In this document: one piece after another, positions 59,601 to 64,000 of the stretch
How positions within the stretch are numbered: position 1 is the first letter of the stretch
How the letters are laid out: each line of letters opens with the position of its first letter
IMG/VR virus record: IMGVR_UViG_3300046171_000252
Span: 143,617 to 207,616 of that record
Direction: 5' to 3' (one strand)
DNA length: 64,000 nt
Program-made: the position numbers and the translations under genes
Notes under the pieces: model-generated
Database searches by the model: none
What the model saw: the letters and a program-made list of their open reading frames with translations, nothing else
Told to the model about the DNA's origin: nothing

Positions 59601-61376
59601 AGTGCTGGTAAATCTTTTATGGGAGCAACAAGTAGTGGTTCCTTTGGTTACTTTGGTGGTGGTTATGCAACATCAATTGGTAATCAATCAACAGTAGACC
59701 GTATTAGTTACCTAAACGATACTACAACGGCAGTAGTAAAAGGTCCATTGACTGGTGTTAAAGATGAATTAACAGCAACAGGCAATGCTTCCTTTGGATA
59801 CTTTGGTGGTGGACAATTGAATGGTTCTACTACACAAACAACAATAGACCGTGTTGATTTTTCTAATGATAGTGCCAATGCCGTAGCAAAAGGACCATTA
59901 AGTGTTGCTAGATATGGTTTGGCAGCAACCGGTAATCAAAACTTTGGTTACTTTGGTGGTGGTGGTCCTGGTTTTAAAAGCACAGTAGATCGTATTGATT
60001 ATTCCAATGATACGGCAAATGCATCACCAAAAGGGCCATTAAGTGCTGGTAGATATCGACTTGCAGCAACAGGTAATGCTTCCTTTGGTTATTTTGGTGG
60101 TGGTCGTAAATCACCTGGTGCGACAGTAGTATCAACAGTAGACCGTATTGATTATTCGAGTGATACTGAAACGGCAGTAGTAAAATCACCATTGCTTGTT
60201 GTTAAATTTGCTCATGCAGCAACTGGTAGTGCTGACTTTGGTTACTTCGGTGGTGGTGCTCCTGGACCATTATCAACAATAGACCGTATTGATTATTCTA
60301 ATGACACCGCAGCATTATCGGCAAAAGCGCCATTTACTTCTGGAAATGGTTATAGGAAGGAATTAACAGCAACAAGTGCCAGAGCAAACGGATTCGGTCA
60401 AATATCGGGTCAAATATTAGGTCCAGCACTGGTTTCTAATGCCGATGCAGTCGCAGGGTCATTTAATCCAACAACGTTTGGTTACTTTGGTGGTGGTCGC
60501 ACTACTCCTTCTGATATGTCAACAGTAGACCGTATTGATTACTCCAATGATACTGCCACGGCATCAGTCAAAGGACCATTAAGTCTTGCTAGAAAGCAAC
60601 TAGGTGCAGTAGGAAATTCATTTTTTGGATATTTTACGGGTGGTGAAACTCCTTCTGTAGTATCAAATGTAGACCGTATTGATTACTCCAATGACACCGC
60701 AACGGCAGTAGAAAAAGGACCATTAAGTGCTCCTAGAAGATATGGTGCCAATGCCGGTAATTCTGATCATGGATATTGGGTTGGTGGACTTACTCCTGGT
60801 ACTACATTAGCATCATTAGTAGATCGTATTGATTACTCTAATGACACTCCAACGACATTAGAAAGAGGACCATTGAGTCTTGCTAGAGCTATTCTAAGTG
60901 GAACTGGCAATGCTGACTTTGGTTACTTTGGTGGTGGTAATGTTCCTTCTCCTAGTGTCACATACTCTACAGTAGACCGTATTGATTATGCTAATGACAC
61001 TGCAACGGCAGTAGCAAAAGGACCATTAAGTGTTGGTAAATATGGTTCAGCAGCAACAGGTAATGCTTCATTTGGTTACTTTGCTGGTGGTTATACTCCT
61101 AGTGATCTTTCATCAGTAGATCGTATTGATTATTCTAACGACACCGCAACAGCATCACCAAAAGGACCATTGAGTCTTGCCAGAGATCAATTGGGAGCAA
61201 CAGGTAATGCTTCATTTGGTTACTTTGCTGCTGGTGCTACTTCTAGTGCAGTAACAACAGTAGACCGCATTGATTACTCTAATGACACTGCAACAGCACC
61301 GGCAAAAGGACCACTAAGTGTTGGTAGATGGACTCTAGCAGGAACCTCAGCAGCAGCAAATGCACTTCCACAATAG
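56607..61376 (+). CDS. Kelch-like multi-beta-propeller protein (1589 aa, 30 repeats)
   Basis: ~46-aa repeat GYFGGG-x-STVDRIDYSNDTATAxxKGPLSxxRxxxAATGN in five blocks of six. Confidence 0.85.
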   Translation: MGIRNDVFGLEQIYQLQIEGQWSTKGDVWLTPSPFGAQAPFGYFSGGSSNRSVVQRIDYSNDTATASVRGPLSAGRYNHAATGNANFGYHSGGSPAKSTVERIDYGNDTATSSPKGPLSAGRRNLSATGNASFGYFGGGSPAPKTTIDRIDYSNDTATAAVKGPLSSARYWSAAAGNASFGYFGGGYIDNTPTKSTVDRIDYSNDTATAAVKGPLSVARYRLAATGNSSFGYFGGGNGPLSSVDRIDYSNDTATAAAKGPLSAARYSIAATGNASFGYFSGGYDKTLVDRIDYSNDTATAAVKGPLNYDYIKTAASSPKANAVTGLTVLSASSPARENVVPQGTDFGYFGGGRNPAGSGTVSTVNRIDYSNDTATASTKGPLSSARYNVAAIGNAPFGYFAGGNPSSAVSTVDRIDYSNDTATAAVKGPLSATSDGAATVGNSDFGYFAAAGNKSTVDRIDYTNDSATALVRGPLSYSSYGRAGTGNADFGYIGGGGPTLSTVNRIDYSNDTATASPKGPLSLARRTMGATGNSSFGYFGGAFPGPYSTVDRIDYSNDTATASVKGPLSSARGQFVATGNASFGYFGGGYDDNPNQTSTVDRVDYSNDTATAVVKGPLSEKIQNHAASSSRANAIPLKGPGSLEVPISLGAFSRNFGPQGTDFGYFGGGGPAPKSTINRIDYSNDMATTAVKGPLDVARAYLAATGNQNFGYFGGSVGPKSSVERIDYTNDTVEASPKGPLSVARYSLAATSNSSFGYFGGGGPGPFSTVDRIDYSNDTATASVKGPLSVARHGLAATSNSSFGYFGGGMPGSISTVDRIDYSNDTGTTPTKGPLSAARRYLGATGNADFGYFGGGGPGSISTVDRIDYTNDTATASVKGPLSYGRDNIAATGNANFGYFAAGPSPSAALSTVDRVDYSNDTATASVRGPLSVNNYAMGATSSRANGIPTENIVNYAAGTLGTPNTGYFGGGEPGYISFVERIDYSNDSASPVTKGPLSAGKSFMGATSSGSFGYFGGGYATSIGNQSTVDRISYLNDTTTAVVKGPLTGVKDELTATGNASFGYFGGGQLNGSTTQTTIDRVDFSNDSANAVAKGPLSVARYGLAATGNQNFGYFGGGGPGFKSTVDRIDYSNDTANASPKGPLSAGRYRLAATGNASFGYFGGGRKSPGATVVSTVDRIDYSSDTETAVVKSPLLVVKFAHAATGSADFGYFGGGAPGPLSTIDRIDYSNDTAALSAKAPFTSGNGYRKELTATSARANGFGQISGQILGPALVSNADAVAGSFNPTTFGYFGGGRTTPSDMSTVDRIDYSNDTATASVKGPLSLARKQLGAVGNSFFGYFTGGETPSVVSNVDRIDYSNDTATAVEKGPLSAPRRYGANAGNSDHGYWVGGLTPGTTLASLVDRIDYSNDTPTTLERGPLSLARAILSGTGNADFGYFGGGNVPSPSVTYSTVDRIDYANDTATAVAKGPLSVGKYGSAATGNASFGYFAGGYTPSDLSSVDRIDYSNDTATASPKGPLSLARDQLGATGNASFGYFAAGATSSAVTTVDRIDYSNDTATAPAKGPLSVGRWTLAGTSAAANALPQ

Positions 61377-61410
61377 TATGCTATAATAAACAAAAGATTG
61401 ATTATATGAT

Positions 61411-62064
61411 ATGGGTATAATGATCGCACTCCCCTGTCACGGGGGAATTGTGAATGAAAAGACAACTATGAGTTTGTTTAATCTAGGCAAACTCTTAGTA
61501 AGAAATAATATTCCGCACGGTCTTCTCACTCAGGCAAACTCTTCCTTGATTACTCATGGAAGGTCTAAGTGTGCTAACTTTTTTATCAACAATACAGATC
61601 ATGAATATTTGTTTTTCCTTGATAGTGATATTGGATTTAATCCAGAAGATGTGCTAAGATTACTGAGTCATAATGAAAACATTGTTTCTGGCACATATCC
61701 AATGAAGACAATACCCATTCGGTATTGTGCTGATGTTCTTCAACCAGAAGAACGCAAGGGTGATTTACTCAAGGTTGGTGGAAATGGTATGGGATTTGTG
61801 ATGATTCATCGCAATGTCTTTGCCAATATCGCACAGAAGTTTCCATATCTTAAATACATACCATCAACTAAAGATAGTAATTATCCACCAACAGAAGCAG
61901 AGATGAATAACTCATATCATTACTTTGCAGAAGAAAAGATTGATGACAGTTTTGCATCAGAGGATAAAAGTTTCTTTTATCGTGCTAGAATGTCGGGGTA
62001 TACTCATTGGCTAGATACTACAATCAAATTACAACACGTCGGTTCACACGTCTTTACTGAATAA
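61411..62064 (+). CDS. GT-A fold glycosyltransferase-like
   Basis: IALPCHGG, FFLDSDIGF, GMGFVMIHR, SEDKSFF, LQHVG. Confidence 0.75.
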   Translation: MGIMIALPCHGGIVNEKTTMSLFNLGKLLVRNNIPHGLLTQANSSLITHGRSKCANFFINNTDHEYLFFLDSDIGFNPEDVLRLLSHNENIVSGTYPMKTIPIRYCADVLQPEERKGDLLKVGGNGMGFVMIHRNVFANIAQKFPYLKYIPSTKDSNYPPTEAEMNNSYHYFAEEKIDDSFASEDKSFFYRARMSGYTHWLDTTIKLQHVGSHVFTE

Positions 62065-62066
62065 TT

Positions 62067-63821
62067 ATGAAATCTGGTTCAACCGAAACTGCATATCATT
62101 TCCTTGCAGAACATTATCAATTTCCTGAAGATATTGAAGTAACTCATTTTCCAGAGGAACTGAAAAAATCTGACAAAAAATATAAAATTCTCTGGGCACA
62201 TCATGCATATGATCAACCAGTGTTTATTAATTTTGACCATAAAACAGTAGATCATATTGTTACGCCATCACACTGGGCAAAAGAAAATATTGTTAAATAT
62301 CACAATGTTCCGAAGGATAAAGTTACAGTAATTCCAACAGGTGTTTCTGACAAATTTACTTTCTCAGAAAATAAAACAAAAACTTTTATTCATACTTCTG
62401 TTCCTTATAAAGGTTTAGAATTAATGCCTGAAATTATTAGGAGAATTCATCAGAAACATCCAGATGCAAAGTTTAAAATCTTTTCATCAATGTCATTATA
62501 TGGTCAACAGAATGATCCTTATATTGAATTATATGAGGAGTTGAAGAAACTTCCTAATGTAGAATACTCTGCGGCAGTCGATCAAGAAGAATTGATTGAG
62601 TGCTATCAAGAATCTGCATTTTTTATTCATCCAAATATTTGGGAGGAAGTTTTCTGTGTTTCTATGGCAGAGGCAATGAAATGTGGTACATATCCAATTA
62701 TCACAAATATAGGAGCACTCTCCGAAGTTGCCGGTGATAACTTTGCTTCGGTTGTTCCTATTGATGGAACCCGAACACCCGCAAAATATGAAGTTACTGA
62801 AACCTTTCTAAATACATTTGCAGAGATTTGCTGTACTGCTTTAGATTATTTTGAGGGAGACAGAACATATTATAACCAAATCTCAAAATCTCTTTCTAAT
62901 CATATTTCACAGAAGTGTGACTGGAAAAAAATTGCACACCAGTGGAAAAAACTGATTACTAAAATTACAAGTGGAGAACCCATGACTACAGAAAACACTG
63001 AACTGTCTTATAATCCCGTCACTTCTGAGCAGGCAGTGATGGATGATGAATATCTTCAGCAAGCATTTGCCAATGTTCTGAGATGGGAAGATAGTGATAA
63101 GGAACTTGCACAGGGCAGAACTAATTTCCAGTTAGAAAAGTTTGCACTTCTTGATACTCATACCCTTCCTGTTGCCTTTGAGAACACTCTGAAGTCTCGT
63201 CGTCAGATGGCAGAGGGTTATATGTACAAACTCATTGAGATGAAAGAAAAGGTCCGTGAGTTTGACTTTAAGTGGGCAGATAAGGATAAAGCACAACCAA
63301 TTTTTTGGGAAGAAGGTGGACCCGGTGGTGGTTCCAAGAAACTGTGTTGGTTTGATTTAGATGAACTTACACTGTCTCATTATCTGAAGTCTTCTGAACT
63401 TGAGATTCGTGATCGTCTTCACCAGATGCAACATCTAGATAAGATTCTTGATAAATTGATGGAAAAGAATGATGGCAAACCAGTCACCCGAGAACAATTC
63501 CTTGATGCTGATGGGCAGTATTGGGAAAGAAGATTTGCCGATCAGGCTATGGATGAAATGATCGCGGCACAAACTGGCATCTCTATTGGTAACCTACACA
63601 GTATGCGTCGTGCTTCTGCACCTGCAATTGTTGATAAGAGAAATGAACTGCCAGAAGGTTATATGCCTCTGAATAAGATTCTTGAAAGTCCTCAAGGTAA
63701 GATGGACTTCCTGAATGATCTGCAGAAGAAAGTTCTCACAGGTATCCAAGAAGTTACTGGTGAAAATCTTGGTATGATTTCCGGTTCTCCAGAAGAGGAG
63801 CAAAAGAAACTCCAAGGTTGA
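62067..63821 (+). CDS. GT4-like glycosyltransferase fused to helical C-terminal domain
   Basis: HPNIWEEVFCVSMAEAMKCG...IGALSEV GT-B motif; helical second half from M at 62982. Confidence 0.8.
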   Translation: MKSGSTETAYHFLAEHYQFPEDIEVTHFPEELKKSDKKYKILWAHHAYDQPVFINFDHKTVDHIVTPSHWAKENIVKYHNVPKDKVTVIPTGVSDKFTFSENKTKTFIHTSVPYKGLELMPEIIRRIHQKHPDAKFKIFSSMSLYGQQNDPYIELYEELKKLPNVEYSAAVDQEELIECYQESAFFIHPNIWEEVFCVSMAEAMKCGTYPIITNIGALSEVAGDNFASVVPIDGTRTPAKYEVTETFLNTFAEICCTALDYFEGDRTYYNQISKSLSNHISQKCDWKKIAHQWKKLITKITSGEPMTTENTELSYNPVTSEQAVMDDEYLQQAFANVLRWEDSDKELAQGRTNFQLEKFALLDTHTLPVAFENTLKSRRQMAEGYMYKLIEMKEKVREFDFKWADKDKAQPIFWEEGGPGGGSKKLCWFDLDELTLSHYLKSSELEIRDRLHQMQHLDKILDKLMEKNDGKPVTREQFLDADGQYWERRFADQAMDEMIAAQTGISIGNLHSMRRASAPAIVDKRNELPEGYMPLNKILESPQGKMDFLNDLQKKVLTGIQEVTGENLGMISGSPEEEQKKLQG

Positions 63822-63822
63822 T

Positions 63823-64000
63823 ATGAACCAGAAGATTATTGTTGCTGATGACTTTTATGATATGGCACATCCATATTATAAAGGCATCGTAGAAGGTGAA
63901 CCAATTTTTACTGATGAAGCACCCCAGAAAATTTCACATCTTCTGGGTCGTGAGATAAAAGTAGAGAACTTATTTAATGAAGTTGCTTCATCCAATACTC
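63823..64000 (+). CDS. partial ORF, possible DUF6445/2OG-Fe(II)-like protein
   Basis: MNQKIIVADDFYD N-terminus; runs off window. Confidence 0.45.
   Translation, partial: MNQKIIVADDFYDMAHPYYKGIVEGEPIFTDEAPQKISHLLGREIKVENLFNEVASSNT

Noticed and set aside
56607-61376. CRISPR-like or non-coding repeat array
   Set aside because: Repeats are in-frame degenerate protein repeats with synonymous variation, not identical repeats with unique spacers

Overview
Segment of a T4-like marine cyanomyovirus genome, probably infecting Synechococcus (inferred from psbA+psbD+petF+talC+hli and tRNAs for A/T-ending codons). Almost all genes are on the + strand. In order: late/structural hypotheticals; gp61 primase, nrdA, nrdB and a GIY-YIG nuclease; envelope-type small genes; an inverted trio of secreted beta-rich proteins; tRNAs, a small outer-membrane beta-barrel and an hli microprotein operon; two pseudoknot RNAs; a ~21 kb glycan island (nucleotide-sugar enzymes, an apparently complete NDP-heptose route, many glycosyl- and methyltransferases, nadE, ugd); psbA/psbD; purC, HNH, purM, petF, an orphan Phd-like antitoxin, three tRNAs (one atypical) and talC; then a fibre module (beta-helix spike, 1821-aa fibre with an amicyanin-like Cu motif, 1589-aa protein of 5x6 Kelch-like repeats) followed by more glycosyltransferases. 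About 17 small-indel frameshifts, mostly in homopolymers, break otherwise intact genes and most likely reflect long-read consensus error. The supplied ORF 12862..14142 is labelled + but is on the minus strand. All family calls come from motif recognition by eye; no searches were run.
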